From NCBI GenBank assembly GCA_013288205.1, contig JABDCH010000004.1, positions 1-51,353 on the forward strand: a DNA stretch of 51,353 nt, in the 5' to 3' direction. Position 1 is the first letter of the stretch, and each line of letters begins with the position of its first letter. The DNA is from Bacteroidota bacterium (GTDB lineage Bacteria; Bacteroidota; Bacteroidia; JABEUT01). Position numbers and translations under genes: made by a program. The notes beneath the pieces were generated by a model. The model did not search any database and was not told the origin of the DNA. It was given only the letters and a program-made list of their open reading frames with translations. This document shows, in pieces, positions 1 to 10,123 of this stretch.

Positions 1-2676
1 TATGCCGAAGGGCAGCGCCGCTATATTGAAACTCTTTCAGCTTATGCCCGCCAGTTTTTGGGAGGCATGGAACGCCCCGACGTAGATAAAATAGAAGGGT
101 TAAGTCCTGTTATATCCATTGAACAAAAAACAGTAGGCAGGAATCCCCGTTCAACAGTTGGAACAATTACAGAAATATATGATTTCCTACGCTTACTTTT
201 TGCCCGGATAGGAGAAGCCTATTCTTACGTTACAGGCGAAAAAATGGTAAGGTTTTCTGAGCAACAAATTATTAACCTGCTTATTTCAAAATACGACGGA
301 AAAAAAATTCAGTTGCTGGCACCTGTTGTAAAAGGAAGAAAAGGGCACTATCGCGAATTATTTGAACAGCTCCGTAAAAGTGGTTTTTCGCGGGTGCGGC
401 TCGATGGGGAAATAAAGGAAATACGTTCAGGCATGCATGCCGACAGGTATTCTATACACGACATTGAAGTACTGATTGATCGCATTGATGTTACCGATGC
501 ATCTAAATCACGCATTGCTGAATCGGTTGCTCTGGCTATGAAACAAGGCAAAGGAGTAATTATGGTATTAGATGAACAGAAAAAAGTCTCTCACTATAGC
601 CGCTTCCTCATGTGCCCTACTTCGGGGATATCATATGATGAACCGGCACCAAATTTATTTTCTTTCAATTCGCCCTACGGAGCTTGCCCTAATTGCGGAG
701 GCTTAGGCGAAGTATTACAAATTGATGAAAAGAAAATTATTCCCAACTCCCATCTTTCTATTAGTGACGGAGCTATTGCACCCGTGGGAAAAAGAAAAGA
801 CAACTGGATATTCCACCAATTGGAGGCTATTGCTGATAAGCATGGATTCACCCTTGATACACCTGTAAATAAAATACCCGAAGGGGGTTTGCATGCCATA
901 TTATATGGTACGGATGAAATATTAAAAGTGCGGGAAAATTTTCAAAGTAGTGGTCATTCCTACTCCATGAGTTTTGAGGGTATTATTAATTTTATTGACC
1001 GCCAACGACGAGATACGGATAGCCCTGGCATATCAGAATGGGCAGCTGAATTTATGAATAAAGCCGTGTGTCCGGAATGCAAGGGTGCACGTTTAAAAAA
1101 GGAAGCTCTCTACTTCAAAATTGAAGACAAAAATATTGCCGATCTCGCTAATCTGGATACCCGCGTTTTATACGATTGGATTGTAAACTTTGAGGCAAGC
1201 CTTGAAGGCAAGAAAAAAATTATTGCAAAAGATGTGATGAAGGAATTGAGGAGCCGCACCAGGTTTTTGCTGGATGTAGGCATCGATTATCTCACATTAA
1301 ATCGGAGTGCCCGCACCTTATCGGGCGGAGAAGGACAGCGCATACGCCTTGCCACACAAATAGGTTCGGGATTAGTGGGTGTATTGTATATATTAGATGA
1401 ACCCAGCATTGGCCTCCATCAACGCGATAATCATAGGTTGATAGATGCCTTGAAAAACTTGCGCGATAGTGGCAATTCCGTTATAGTAGTAGAGCATGAT
1501 AAGGATATGATGCTCGCCTCTGACTGGATTATTGATGTAGGCCCGGGAACAGGTTCGCATGGTGGAAACATAGTTGCGCAAGGAGCGCCCAACGATTTTT
1601 TAAAACAACCTACACTCACCTCCGATTATCTTTCAGGCAAGAAAACTATTGAGGTTCCAAAGATCCGCAGAAAAGGGAATGGAAAAGAAATTGTGCTGAA
1701 AGGAGCTAAGGGTAATAACTTGAAAAATGTAAACGTGTCTTTCCCTCTTGGCAAACTGATTTGCATTACCGGTGTTTCGGGCAGTGGAAAATCTTCCTTA
1801 ATAAATGAAACCTTGTATCCGATTATAAGCAAACACTTATATAAGTCGGAAGCTACTCCGCTCCCATATTCTTCTATACAAGGCATTAATCACATAGACA
1901 AGATTATTGAAATAGATCAATCGCCCATCGGGCGCACACCTCGTTCGAATCCGGCAACCTACGTTAATCTGTTTGCCGATATACGTAATTTGTTTGCTTC
2001 ACTACCCGAAGCAAAGATTAGAGGCTATGCCCCCGGACGCTTTTCATTCAATGTGAAGGGCGGAAGATGCGAAAGCTGCCAAGGCGCAGGGCTGAAGAAG
2101 ATTGAAATGAATTTTTTGCCGGATGTATATGTTGTTTGCGATACTTGTGGCGGCAAACGGTATAATCGTGAAACACTGGAAGTCCGTTTCAAAGGAAAAT
2201 CCATAAACGATGTGCTTAACCTTACTGTGGAACAGGCGGTAGAATTCTTCTCAGAGATACCGCATATCACGCAAAAAATAACTACGCTTAACGAGATAGG
2301 GCTTGGTTACATTACATTAGGACAATCATCTACCACCCTCTCAGGCGGAGAGGCACAGCGTGTAAAACTGGCAACAGAATTATCGAAACGAGGCACCGGA
2401 AATACCCTCTATATTTTAGATGAACCCACTACAGGTTTGCATTTTGAAGATATCCGCCTATTGCTTGATGTGCTTAATAAACTAGTAGATTATGGAAACA
2501 CGGTGATAGTGATTGAACATAATTTAGATGTTATAAAGGTGGCTGACCACATTATTGATATAGGCCCCGAAGGCGGAATACGAGGTGGAGAAGTTATTGT
2601 GGAAGGTACTCCTGAAAAGGTAAGCAAAAACAAAAAGAGCCTGACTTCCGTATACTTAGCTGCAGAATTACAATAA
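1..2676 (+). CDS. uvrA: Excinuclease ABC subunit A (5' end outside window)
   Basis: Frame 1 is open from base 1 (YAEGQRRYIETLSAYARQFL...). Two ABC signatures (LSGGEGQRIRLA, LSGGEAQRVKLA), Walker A GVSGSGKSS, Walker B LYILDEP twice, CxxC zinc modules. Confidence 0.98.
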   Translation, partial: YAEGQRRYIETLSAYARQFLGGMERPDVDKIEGLSPVISIEQKTVGRNPRSTVGTITEIYDFLRLLFARIGEAYSYVTGEKMVRFSEQQIINLLISKYDGKKIQLLAPVVKGRKGHYRELFEQLRKSGFSRVRLDGEIKEIRSGMHADRYSIHDIEVLIDRIDVTDASKSRIAESVALAMKQGKGVIMVLDEQKKVSHYSRFLMCPTSGISYDEPAPNLFSFNSPYGACPNCGGLGEVLQIDEKKIIPNSHLSISDGAIAPVGKRKDNWIFHQLEAIADKHGFTLDTPVNKIPEGGLHAILYGTDEILKVRENFQSSGHSYSMSFEGIINFIDRQRRDTDSPGISEWAAEFMNKAVCPECKGARLKKEALYFKIEDKNIADLANLDTRVLYDWIVNFEASLEGKKKIIAKDVMKELRSRTRFLLDVGIDYLTLNRSARTLSGGEGQRIRLATQIGSGLVGVLYILDEPSIGLHQRDNHRLIDALKNLRDSGNSVIVVEHDKDMMLASDWIIDVGPGTGSHGGNIVAQGAPNDFLKQPTLTSDYLSGKKTIEVPKIRRKGNGKEIVLKGAKGNNLKNVNVSFPLGKLICITGVSGSGKSSLINETLYPIISKHLYKSEATPLPYSSIQGINHIDKIIEIDQSPIGRTPRSNPATYVNLFADIRNLFASLPEAKIRGYAPGRFSFNVKGGRCESCQGAGLKKIEMNFLPDVYVVCDTCGGKRYNRETLEVRFKGKSINDVLNLTVEQAVEFFSEIPHITQKITTLNEIGLGYITLGQSSTTLSGGEAQRVKLATELSKRGTGNTLYILDEPTTGLHFEDIRLLLDVLNKLVDYGNTVIVIEHNLDVIKVADHIIDIGPEGGIRGGEVIVEGTPEKVSKNKKSLTSVYLAAELQ

Positions 2677-2688
2677 ATTACACAATTT

Positions 2689-3423
2689 ATGGCAAAATTG
2701 AAAAAGACGACTAAGAAAGCTGCTGATAAAAGATCAGGTGAAGTTTCCAGGGAAAAAAACTGGAACGAAATAAAGGCAACCGATTCGTGGCAAATATTCC
2801 GCATGATGTCAGAGTTTGTGCATGGATTTGACACATTAGCAAAAGTTGGACCTTGTATATCTATTTTTGGTTCGGCACGTACCAAACCGAGTCATAAGTA
2901 TTATAAGTTAGCCACAGAAATAGCCTTCCAACTTACCCGTCATGGGTATGGTGTTATTACCGGTGGAGGCCCCGGCATTATGGAAGCTGCCAACAAAGGA
3001 GCGCAGGCAGGTGGAGGACGCTCGGTAGGATTGGAAATTGAATTACCTCACGAACAAAAAGACAATGCCTTTGTTGATCGCGATAAACTATTGAGATTCG
3101 ATTACTTCTTTGTACGTAAGGTCATGTTTATGAAATATGCCCAGGGCTTTGTTGTTCTTCCCGGAGGCTTTGGAACATTAGATGAACTTTTTGAAGCTAT
3201 TACACTTATCCAAACCAACAAGGTGGAGCATTTTCCCATCATCATAGTAGGAAAGAAATATTGGGAACCCATGCTTGACTGGATAAAAGATATGGTGATA
3301 GAAAAAGAACAAAATGCAGATGAAAAAGACCTTGAGCTATTTCATGTGGTGGATACTTCGGAAGAAGTGGTTAAGATAATTGACAACTTCTATAGCAAAT
3401 ATCTACTCAGGCCGAATTTTTAA
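2689..3423 (+). CDS. LOG family (TIGR00730 Rossmann-fold) nucleotide phosphoribohydrolase
   Basis: Motifs IFGSAR, TGGGPGIMEAAN, YFFVRK and PGGFGTLDE (PGGxGTxxE). Confidence 0.92.
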   Translation: MAKLKKTTKKAADKRSGEVSREKNWNEIKATDSWQIFRMMSEFVHGFDTLAKVGPCISIFGSARTKPSHKYYKLATEIAFQLTRHGYGVITGGGPGIMEAANKGAQAGGGRSVGLEIELPHEQKDNAFVDRDKLLRFDYFFVRKVMFMKYAQGFVVLPGGFGTLDELFEAITLIQTNKVEHFPIIIVGKKYWEPMLDWIKDMVIEKEQNADEKDLELFHVVDTSEEVVKIIDNFYSKYLLRPNF

Positions 3424-3429
3424 AACTGA

Positions 3430-3768
3430 TTATTTTGCCTTTATATTCAGTGTATCTACAAGATTATTATTCTTGTCAACAAGAACGTATACATCCTCGT
3501 TACTTTTCTTCATGAAATATTTTTCACGGGCAAACTTTTCCATATTAGCCGGATTTGTTTGCAGCTCTTTTAACTGCTCAATAGCAACCTGGGTCTGCTT
3601 TTCGTAATACACCTTTTGAGCCTTTAGTTGATTTTCTTTCCGGGTAAGATGTATATCGTAAATAAGGCTTGTCTGGTCGAAAAAAGCAATCCATAATACA
3701 AACAACACCGTTGCTGTAATATACCTATTACGGAATATACTGACTATTTTTTTGAGATGTTCTAACAC
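3430..3768 (-). CDS. Septum formation initiator (FtsB/DivIC family)
   Basis: 112 aa with GTG start, one N-terminal TM helix, coiled coil, and EKFAREKYFMKK.NEDVY motif. Confidence 0.85.
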   Translation of the reverse strand: MLEHLKKIVSIFRNRYITATVLFVLWIAFFDQTSLIYDIHLTRKENQLKAQKVYYEKQTQVAIEQLKELQTNPANMEKFAREKYFMKKSNEDVYVLVDKNNNLVDTLNIKAK

Positions 3769-3787
3769 ATTTCGCTTATTTGAGTTG

Positions 3788-3795
3788 CAAATTTA
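3788..3795 (-). promoter_or_regulatory. Bacteroidota sigma-A -7 element upstream of the FtsB-like gene
   Basis: Minus strand TAAATTTG matches TAnnTTTG, about 20 nt before the start. Confidence 0.6.
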
Positions 3796-3821
3796 ACGGT
3801 GAAAGGAAGAATGTGGAGAAC

Positions 3822-5033
3822 TTATTTTATTATCTTTTCAACATCCTCTTGTATAGCCTTCACACCGGGAAGTTCCTTACCTTCAATATATTCCAACATT
3901 GCTCCTCCACCAGTTGATACATAACTTACCTTATCTGCCAGGTTATATTTATTAATTGCAGCTACTGAATCGCCACCTCCAACTAACGAATAGGCTCCTT
4001 TTGCTGTAGCACTCACAATAGCATCAGCAACCACTTTAGTACCATGTTCAAAATTGCTCATTTCAAAAACTCCCATAGGCCCGTTCCACAAAATAGACCC
4101 TGATGATTCTATTACTTTTGCAAATTCTTTTTCAGTTTCAGGACCAATATCCAAGCCCAGCCAACCGGAGGGAATCTCGTTTATAGCACAAAATTTTTTA
4201 TTGGCGTCGTTATTAAAGGCATCTGCTATGGCTGTATCTGTAGGGATATAGAGTTTAACGCCTTTTTTCTTAGCAGCTTCAATTACGTTCAAAGCAGTTT
4301 CTATTTTATCCTCTTCCACTAACGAGCTACCTATATTTCCACCCTTTGCTTTAATGAAGGTATATGCCATTCCACCACCTATAATAAGGTTATCTACCTT
4401 ATCCATCAGGTTTTCTATTATGGCAATTTTACCCGATACTTTTGCTCCACCAAGAATAGCGGTAAGTGGCCTTTTAGGGTTTGTAAATAAATTAGAAATA
4501 CTGGTGAGTTCCGAAGCCATGCAATAACCAAATAATTTATCATGAGGGAAAAACTGGGCAACAATAGTAGTAGATGCATGAGCCCTGTGTGCCGTGCCAA
4601 ATGCATCGTTCACATACACATCGCCTAATGAAGCTAATTCCTTTGCAAAGCTTACACTGCCCTTGGTTTCTTCGGCATGAAAACGTAAATTCTCGAGCAA
4701 TAAAACTTCACCAGGCTTTAAGGCATCGCTCATAACCTTGGTAGCTGCACCAATACAATCGTTTGAAAATTTTACTTCTACACCTAAAAGCTTGCTGAGG
4801 GATGGTACAATATGTTTTAATGAAAACTTATCTTCCGGTATATTTTTAGGTCTACCCAAATGCGACATGATGATTACAGAACCTCCATCCTTCAATATTT
4901 TTTTTAAGGTCGGTATAGCCGCTTTTATACGTGTATCGTCGGTTATGTTTAATTGCTCATCAAGAGGAACATTGAAATCTACCCTTACAAGGGCTTTTTT
5001 ATTTTTAAAATTGTAGGTTTCGATAGTTTGCAT
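3822..5033 (-). CDS. pgk: Phosphoglycerate kinase
   Basis: Motifs [47 protein letters not shown]. Confidence 0.99.
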   Translation of the reverse strand: MQTIETYNFKNKKALVRVDFNVPLDEQLNITDDTRIKAAIPTLKKILKDGGSVIIMSHLGRPKNIPEDKFSLKHIVPSLSKLLGVEVKFSNDCIGAATKVMSDALKPGEVLLLENLRFHAEETKGSVSFAKELASLGDVYVNDAFGTAHRAHASTTIVAQFFPHDKLFGYCMASELTSISNLFTNPKRPLTAILGGAKVSGKIAIIENLMDKVDNLIIGGGMAYTFIKAKGGNIGSSLVEEDKIETALNVIEAAKKKGVKLYIPTDTAIADAFNNDANKKFCAINEIPSGWLGLDIGPETEKEFAKVIESSGSILWNGPMGVFEMSNFEHGTKVVADAIVSATAKGAYSLVGGGDSVAAINKYNLADKVSYVSTGGGAMLEYIEGKELPGVKAIQEDVEKIIK

Positions 5034-5060
5034 GGCGTAAATTTATTAGCAATTAAAGTA

Positions 5061-5068
5061 CAAAAATA
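5061..5068 (-). promoter_or_regulatory. -7 promoter element for pgk
   Basis: Minus strand TATTTTTG matches TAnnTTTG. Confidence 0.55.
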
Positions 5069-5092
5069 ATCGATAATTGCTTTGTTACAGGT

Positions 5093-5476
5093 TTATTTTT
5101 TAGCCTTTAATACCACGCATTTAAATCTTACTACTACGGGTGAATTAGAGGCATTTGACAATATAGTTACAGTTCTGTCCTGTCTGCCAATGGCATCGTT
5201 AGTATGAAAAACTACCTGTATGCTATCTTGCTTGCCGGGTAAAACAGGGGTTAGAGGTCTATTAACTCCCGTACAACCGCATTCAACTTTAGTATCAGTT
5301 ATTACTAAAGGTTGATTACCTGAATTGATAAACTTATATTGAAAATGGAGTGTATCACCTTGCCGCACAAAGCCCAGGTGGTGTATATTTTTATCCATGA
5401 TCATAACCGGTTGAGCAGCACAAAAATGCCCGCATAGAATTACAATAACTATATTAATGATCCGGATTTTATTCAT
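5093..5476 (-). CDS. DUF1573 domain secreted protein (copy 1)
   Basis: Signal peptide, then F.N.G..PL.I...ECGCT....P...PG motif. Confidence 0.85.
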   Translation of the reverse strand: MNKIRIINIVIVILCGHFCAAQPVMIMDKNIHHLGFVRQGDTLHFQYKFINSGNQPLVITDTKVECGCTGVNRPLTPVLPGKQDSIQVVFHTNDAIGRQDRTVTILSNASNSPVVVRFKCVVLKAKK

Positions 5477-5495
5477 CTCTAAATTTACTAAAAAG

Positions 5496-5531
5496 AAAAA
5501 GTCTGTTCAAAATAAACTTGAACAGACTTTT
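5496..5531. terminator. Intrinsic terminator hairpin between DUF1573 copies 2 and 1
   Basis: AAAAGTCTGTTCAA-aataaac-TTGAACAGACTTTT: perfect 14-bp inverted repeat with A/T tails on both sides. Confidence 0.8.
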
Positions 5532-5550
5532 AAATAAAATTATATACCAA

Positions 5551-6033
5551 TTAGTGACCGCTGGTGCTCGGTGCAGCGTTAGCAGGAGCGGCAGCAGGCG
5601 TTGCTACTGGTGGATCAGATAATACATTACCTTTAATTACCAGAACTTTTGTAGGTGGATTAGCATTACTGGTAAGAGTTACGGTTTTGGTAAATGCACC
5701 AATTCTGTCGGTTGCATAGTGAACCTTGATTTCTGAATTTTGTCCAGGTGGAATCGGTTCAGTAGGCGCGGTAGGAACGGTACATCCGCATGAACCATGA
5801 GCATTGGTAATAAGCAATGGCTCTTTTCCAACATTTGTAAATTTGAATACGCGATAACCGTCTGCATTATGAGGAATGGTACCATAATCAATGGTATCAT
5901 GTTCGAATTTCATTACAGGAGCATTTGGATCGGGAGCTGCAGGAGTTGCAGGAGCAGGAGCAGCTTGTGCATATATATTACCTGATAAAGCAAGCGCTGC
6001 AATTAATGTAATGGAAGATAAAAGTTTTTTCAT
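5551..6033 (-). CDS. DUF1573 domain secreted protein (copy 2)
   Basis: Signal peptide ending IYA-Q, Pro/Ala-rich flanks, FTNVGKEPLLITNAHGSCGCTVP, IGAFTKTVTLTSNA. Confidence 0.9.
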   Translation of the reverse strand: MKKLLSSITLIAALALSGNIYAQAAPAPATPAAPDPNAPVMKFEHDTIDYGTIPHNADGYRVFKFTNVGKEPLLITNAHGSCGCTVPTAPTEPIPPGQNSEIKVHYATDRIGAFTKTVTLTSNANPPTKVLVIKGNVLSDPPVATPAAAPANAAPSTSGH

Positions 6034-6063
6034 GATTGAATCGATTTTTTGGTTGATATTAAA

Positions 6064-6552
6064 TTAATGATTGTCCCAATTAGAAGAAAACGGAGCCCCG
6101 CTGGTATTATTGCCCGGATCGGTAGGAAAGCTAGGCACTGCCGGTTTGGCAGTTACCTTTCCGTGAATAGATAATACTACCGGAGATTCTTTTGCATTAG
6201 AGGTTATTGTGACTGTTTTGTGAAAATCGCCTACACGGTGAGTATCATATGTTACCTTAATAGTATCCTTTTGACCGGGTGAAATAGGGTCGTGCGGCCA
6301 TTTAGGAATAGTACAACCGCATGATCCATGAGCTTCTTTTATAACCAAAGGTTCTTTGCCTGTATTGGTAAACAAAAACAGGTAAGTACCATTTCCATCT
6401 TGCTCAAAAGTGCCAAAATCATGATCTTTTGTGTCAAAGGCCATAACAGGCGCATTAGGATCACTAGCCGGTGCAGAAGTTGCTGTTGCCTGGGCATTAA
6501 CAAATACACAGGGAATCAACAACAAACCTATAATAAGTAACTTTTTATACAT
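6064..6552 (-). CDS. DUF1573 domain secreted protein (copy 3)
   Basis: Signal peptide ending VNA-Q, FTNTGKEPLVIKEAHGSCGCTIP, VGDFHKTVTITSNA. Confidence 0.9.
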   Translation of the reverse strand: MYKKLLIIGLLLIPCVFVNAQATATSAPASDPNAPVMAFDTKDHDFGTFEQDGNGTYLFLFTNTGKEPLVIKEAHGSCGCTIPKWPHDPISPGQKDTIKVTYDTHRVGDFHKTVTITSNAKESPVVLSIHGKVTAKPAVPSFPTDPGNNTSGAPFSSNWDNH

Positions 6553-6574
6553 ATAACATCTAATACTACGGTCG

Positions 6575-6582
6575 CAAATTTA
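6575..6582 (-). promoter_or_regulatory. -7 promoter element for the DUF1573 array
   Basis: Minus strand TAAATTTG. Confidence 0.6.
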
Positions 6583-6700
6583 ATTATTATTCTTAGAAAA
6601 CATTGTAAAATCTAACATTATTTAACAATTACAGGGTACTTTCAGGTATTTTTATATGTCTTTCGCGTTTGTCAATCACCCATTTATGTATATGGACTAT

Positions 6701-6708
6701 TATATTTG
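6701..6708 (+). promoter_or_regulatory. -7 promoter element for the ArnT-like glycosyltransferase
   Basis: TATATTTG lies downstream of the ORF-track TTG start, which favours ATG 6741. Confidence 0.55.
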
Positions 6709-6740
6709 AAGGCAAATTCAGTTACAACTACCATCGTAAA

Positions 6741-8222
6741 ATGATTGAAGCATTCTTCTTCCGTCAAAGGAAGGCTATATTGTTCTTATTTATTCCCTTG
6801 CTTAGCTTGTGCATGCATTGGCATATATTCAAAACAGACCTTGTAGGTTACCATGTATGGAGGCAAACCCAAACTCAAAACACCATCCTGAGTTTTTATA
6901 GAGAAGATTTTAATATCCTTAAACCGAGAATTAGTAATCGCGGAAATGGGTCGGGTATATTTCGCATGGAGTTCCCTATTATGCAATGGGGGATTGCCTG
7001 TTTCTATAAGATTTTTGGGGACCATCTCATTATTACCCGCATACTATCCTTTATAATAGGACTATTTAGCATATGGGGAATCTACCTGTTGCTTTACAAC
7101 ATATTTAAAATACATAGGCTGGCCTTGTTTGGAGCTTGGTGTTTCAACTTTTCACCGGTCTTTTATTACTATACCCTCAATCCCATGCCCGATAACCTTG
7201 CACTCTGCCTCTCTATTTATGGCATGGCTTTCTTCTTCAAATGGATAGAGAATCCAGAATACGTTTATGCCATTTGGTCGGCTGCTTTTATTAGTCTATC
7301 TGTCTTATCAAAGATGCCTTTTGTGGTTTACATCGGAGGTATTGTGGTTTATCTACTTATGAATATTCGCAAAATAGGAATAAACTCCTTTATTAAAATA
7401 GGTCTTATTTTCTTTGCTATTCTCTTTCTGCCTGCTCTATGGTATGTAAAAGTAGTGGGAACCTGGCAAGGAAATGGTATAGTAACCGGCGTTCTATCTG
7501 CGGGCAAGCAAGACATCTCCAACTTGCTGGATATACTCCAGGGCAATTTAATATCTATCCTCCCGGAACTCTTAATTAACTACGGTTCATTACTCTTTTT
7601 CTTTGCCGGATTTTTTCTGCTGTTTTCTTCTAAAAAGTACAGGCATCCTCTATTCCCTTTGTTTTTTGGGTGGGGTATTAGTGTGTTACTCTACTTTTTA
7701 TTTGAGATGAACATGATTAATACTGTGCACGATTATTATATGTTTCCGTTCTTACCACTGATATTTATAATTGTCGGATATGGTGCTGAAAAGTTAATTT
7801 CCCACCCAAAAAAAATATTGCGAATCGTTTCTGTAGCTGCCCTGTGTATTCTTCCCATCACAGCATTCCTACGCGCTGACCACCGTTGGAATACCATTGA
7901 CCCGGGATTCAACGCCAATCTTCTTACGTATAAAAATGATTTACAGAATATTCTACCAGATAACAAACTATGTGTGGTAGGGAATGATGAATCGAGCTGC
8001 ATCTGGTTCTATTATATAAACAAAAAGGGATGGGCATTTGACAATGACTGGTTAGACGAGAAAAGTTTGAAAGAAATGATTTCCCAAGGAGCTGCTTACC
8101 TATATACCGACTCAAAAAAAGTGCAACAAGATACCGGAATAAAAAGCTGTATCGATAGACTAATACTGCAACGGGGAGACGTTTGTGTATATGCACTGAA
8201 ACAAGCTACACTGCAATATTAA
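6741..8222 (+). CDS. ArnT/PMT-like (GT-C fold) integral membrane glycosyltransferase
   Basis: 493 aa from ATG 6741. Many TM helices, first-loop motif HVWRQTQT...EFP, then PMPDN, LSK, HDYY, and a soluble C-terminal domain. Confidence 0.75.
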   Translation: MIEAFFFRQRKAILFLFIPLLSLCMHWHIFKTDLVGYHVWRQTQTQNTILSFYREDFNILKPRISNRGNGSGIFRMEFPIMQWGIACFYKIFGDHLIITRILSFIIGLFSIWGIYLLLYNIFKIHRLALFGAWCFNFSPVFYYYTLNPMPDNLALCLSIYGMAFFFKWIENPEYVYAIWSAAFISLSVLSKMPFVVYIGGIVVYLLMNIRKIGINSFIKIGLIFFAILFLPALWYVKVVGTWQGNGIVTGVLSAGKQDISNLLDILQGNLISILPELLINYGSLLFFFAGFFLLFSSKKYRHPLFPLFFGWGISVLLYFLFEMNMINTVHDYYMFPFLPLIFIIVGYGAEKLISHPKKILRIVSVAALCILPITAFLRADHRWNTIDPGFNANLLTYKNDLQNILPDNKLCVVGNDESSCIWFYYINKKGWAFDNDWLDEKSLKEMISQGAAYLYTDSKKVQQDTGIKSCIDRLILQRGDVCVYALKQATLQY

Positions 8223-8233
8223 TAAGCATTAAA

Positions 8234-9970
8234 CTACTTCATAAAGCTTGTAACCTTTATCTTATTTACTTTCCCATCAAAGTCACTACCGGAACGTATA
8301 TATAGCTGTAGCCTATCCCTGTGGGAACAATCAGGCAACTTTATATAAAAAGAATACTCATTTGTGCCCCCTTGAATGCTAATGGGACTGAATAACCTTA
8401 CTCGGTTGTGTTTGACAGAATTACCAATTTTAAGTTCCGAGTTTAAATAACTTTCCGAAAACCCTTTGTCAATTTTTATCTCTGCCTCAATTTTGAGCCA
8501 TGCTTCTTTAGCAGGCTTATATATAGAGTCAGGCAAAATGGTAGTATTTAGTAATGCTATTGGAGTATTAGACGATACTTGCAAATGGCGAACCGTATCA
8601 ATATGAACAAGTACCTGCTCTATATATCCCTTTTCATTGCTGAGATAATCATTCGTATCAATCAAACTCATATCTAAAGGAGTGGGGTGAGGATTCATGT
8701 ATATGCTTGTATAGTATCTCCGGTTCATATCATCGTAGTGTAATATTGTGCGGTTATACTGTACAATCTGGAAGAGATTAACCCCAATAAGATACATTCC
8801 CAACGCATAAAACAGATATCTCCATTTTTTACCATTGATATATTCTACAAATGCAGCCAGCGGCAATGCAAACACAGGATAGGAATGCGACAAAGCACGG
8901 GTGGAATAGCTACCACCATAACGCCAATCGAACCAGGATATAATTATCCAAATATTGAGAAGACAGAACCATATAACCGATTTTTTGAATGGGTATTTCT
9001 TCATATAGAACATACCCACAATAAAGAAAATGGTAACCGGCGTATAAATAAACCAACCCTTTTCCCAACCGAAAAGCACCCGGAAAAATGGATTTAAGAA
9101 AACCCATTTGCTACCTACATTGTAGATAAAAAAACCGGAAGCAATTTGCCAATATATAAGTTGGGGCAATACCCCTAAAAATATAAACACCAAAGCATAC
9201 ACAACATGCTTTTTATGTTGCTTTACTAATGCCCATTTTTCACGTGCCGATTCTTTGGTGTGGGTATTCCAAAGCAAGGGAATAAACAACATAATGGCCT
9301 CTGTAGGGCGGCATATACTAGCCAATCCAATAATATAGCCAATAAGGCAGGCCCAAAGCAGCTTAGGTTTTTCATGCCACTTGATGGTAAAGTATAGTAT
9401 TAATACATATAAAGGGAAAATCAGTCCGTGGCTTTGGGCGCTATCAATAGCCACATACTGAATGATGTTACTAGCAAGCATAACCAGCAAAAGCGTTATG
9501 GCTGTATTTTTATCCGTAAAAAAACGGAGTAAAATATTCCTCAGTAAAAAGACAGATAGCAAACAATACAGCAATACCCCAAACGCAATAGCATATTGAT
9601 ATGGCGGTGAAAACCCATCAGCTTTATAATGGCTGGCTTTAGCAATACAATGTCCGACAAAAAACAGGGGCATTTCCATAATAGCTACCCCACCCAGGTA
9701 CTTAAACACATACTTATTATTCTTGTAAATATTAGCCTGATAAACCCAGCCGCCCGATACCTGGTACTTTTTGTCTATATCGGGAAACCATTTCAATTGT
9801 GTGGCATCGTTATATATAAACGCTGAAGGCAGGTACATGTAGTATCCGAGTGCATCCCAAGTGGTAACCTTCAGGGTATAATTAGGATCAAGCCCGGAGT
9901 AAGACAAACGGTATTGCATGAGCACAATACTTATGATACAACATGCAATAAGTGAATACTTATTTTTCAT
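8234..9970 (-). CDS. Putative GT-C-type polytopic membrane glycosyltransferase
   Basis: 578 aa from ATG 9970. WDALGYYMYLP after TM1, CRPT, GWFIYTP, WRYGGSYSTR, and a soluble beta-rich C-terminus. Confidence 0.65.
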   Translation of the reverse strand: MKNKYSLIACCIISIVLMQYRLSYSGLDPNYTLKVTTWDALGYYMYLPSAFIYNDATQLKWFPDIDKKYQVSGGWVYQANIYKNNKYVFKYLGGVAIMEMPLFFVGHCIAKASHYKADGFSPPYQYAIAFGVLLYCLLSVFLLRNILLRFFTDKNTAITLLLVMLASNIIQYVAIDSAQSHGLIFPLYVLILYFTIKWHEKPKLLWACLIGYIIGLASICRPTEAIMLFIPLLWNTHTKESAREKWALVKQHKKHVVYALVFIFLGVLPQLIYWQIASGFFIYNVGSKWVFLNPFFRVLFGWEKGWFIYTPVTIFFIVGMFYMKKYPFKKSVIWFCLLNIWIIISWFDWRYGGSYSTRALSHSYPVFALPLAAFVEYINGKKWRYLFYALGMYLIGVNLFQIVQYNRTILHYDDMNRRYYTSIYMNPHPTPLDMSLIDTNDYLSNEKGYIEQVLVHIDTVRHLQVSSNTPIALLNTTILPDSIYKPAKEAWLKIEAEIKIDKGFSESYLNSELKIGNSVKHNRVRLFSPISIQGGTNEYSFYIKLPDCSHRDRLQLYIRSGSDFDGKVNKIKVTSFMK

Positions 9971-9975
9971 TCTTA

Positions 9976-9983
9976 CAAAACTA
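9976..9983 (-). promoter_or_regulatory. -7 promoter element for the second GT-C gene
   Basis: Minus strand TAGTTTTG immediately before ATG 9970. Confidence 0.45.
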
Positions 9984-10098
9984 AAAGAAAAATACATGGG
10001 AGAATTAAAAATACAATCGGTAATTGGATACTGATAAATAAGTTGTTATGTTTTTTCACCCAACTTAATAAAATAGTTCCAATCTTTAATTCAAAATG

Positions 10099-10106
10099 TA
10101 TATTTG
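10099..10106 (+). promoter_or_regulatory. -7 promoter element for the radC fragment
   Basis: TATATTTG ends 17 nt before ATG 10124. Confidence 0.6.
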
Positions 10107-10123
10107 TAACCTACCGGATAAAA

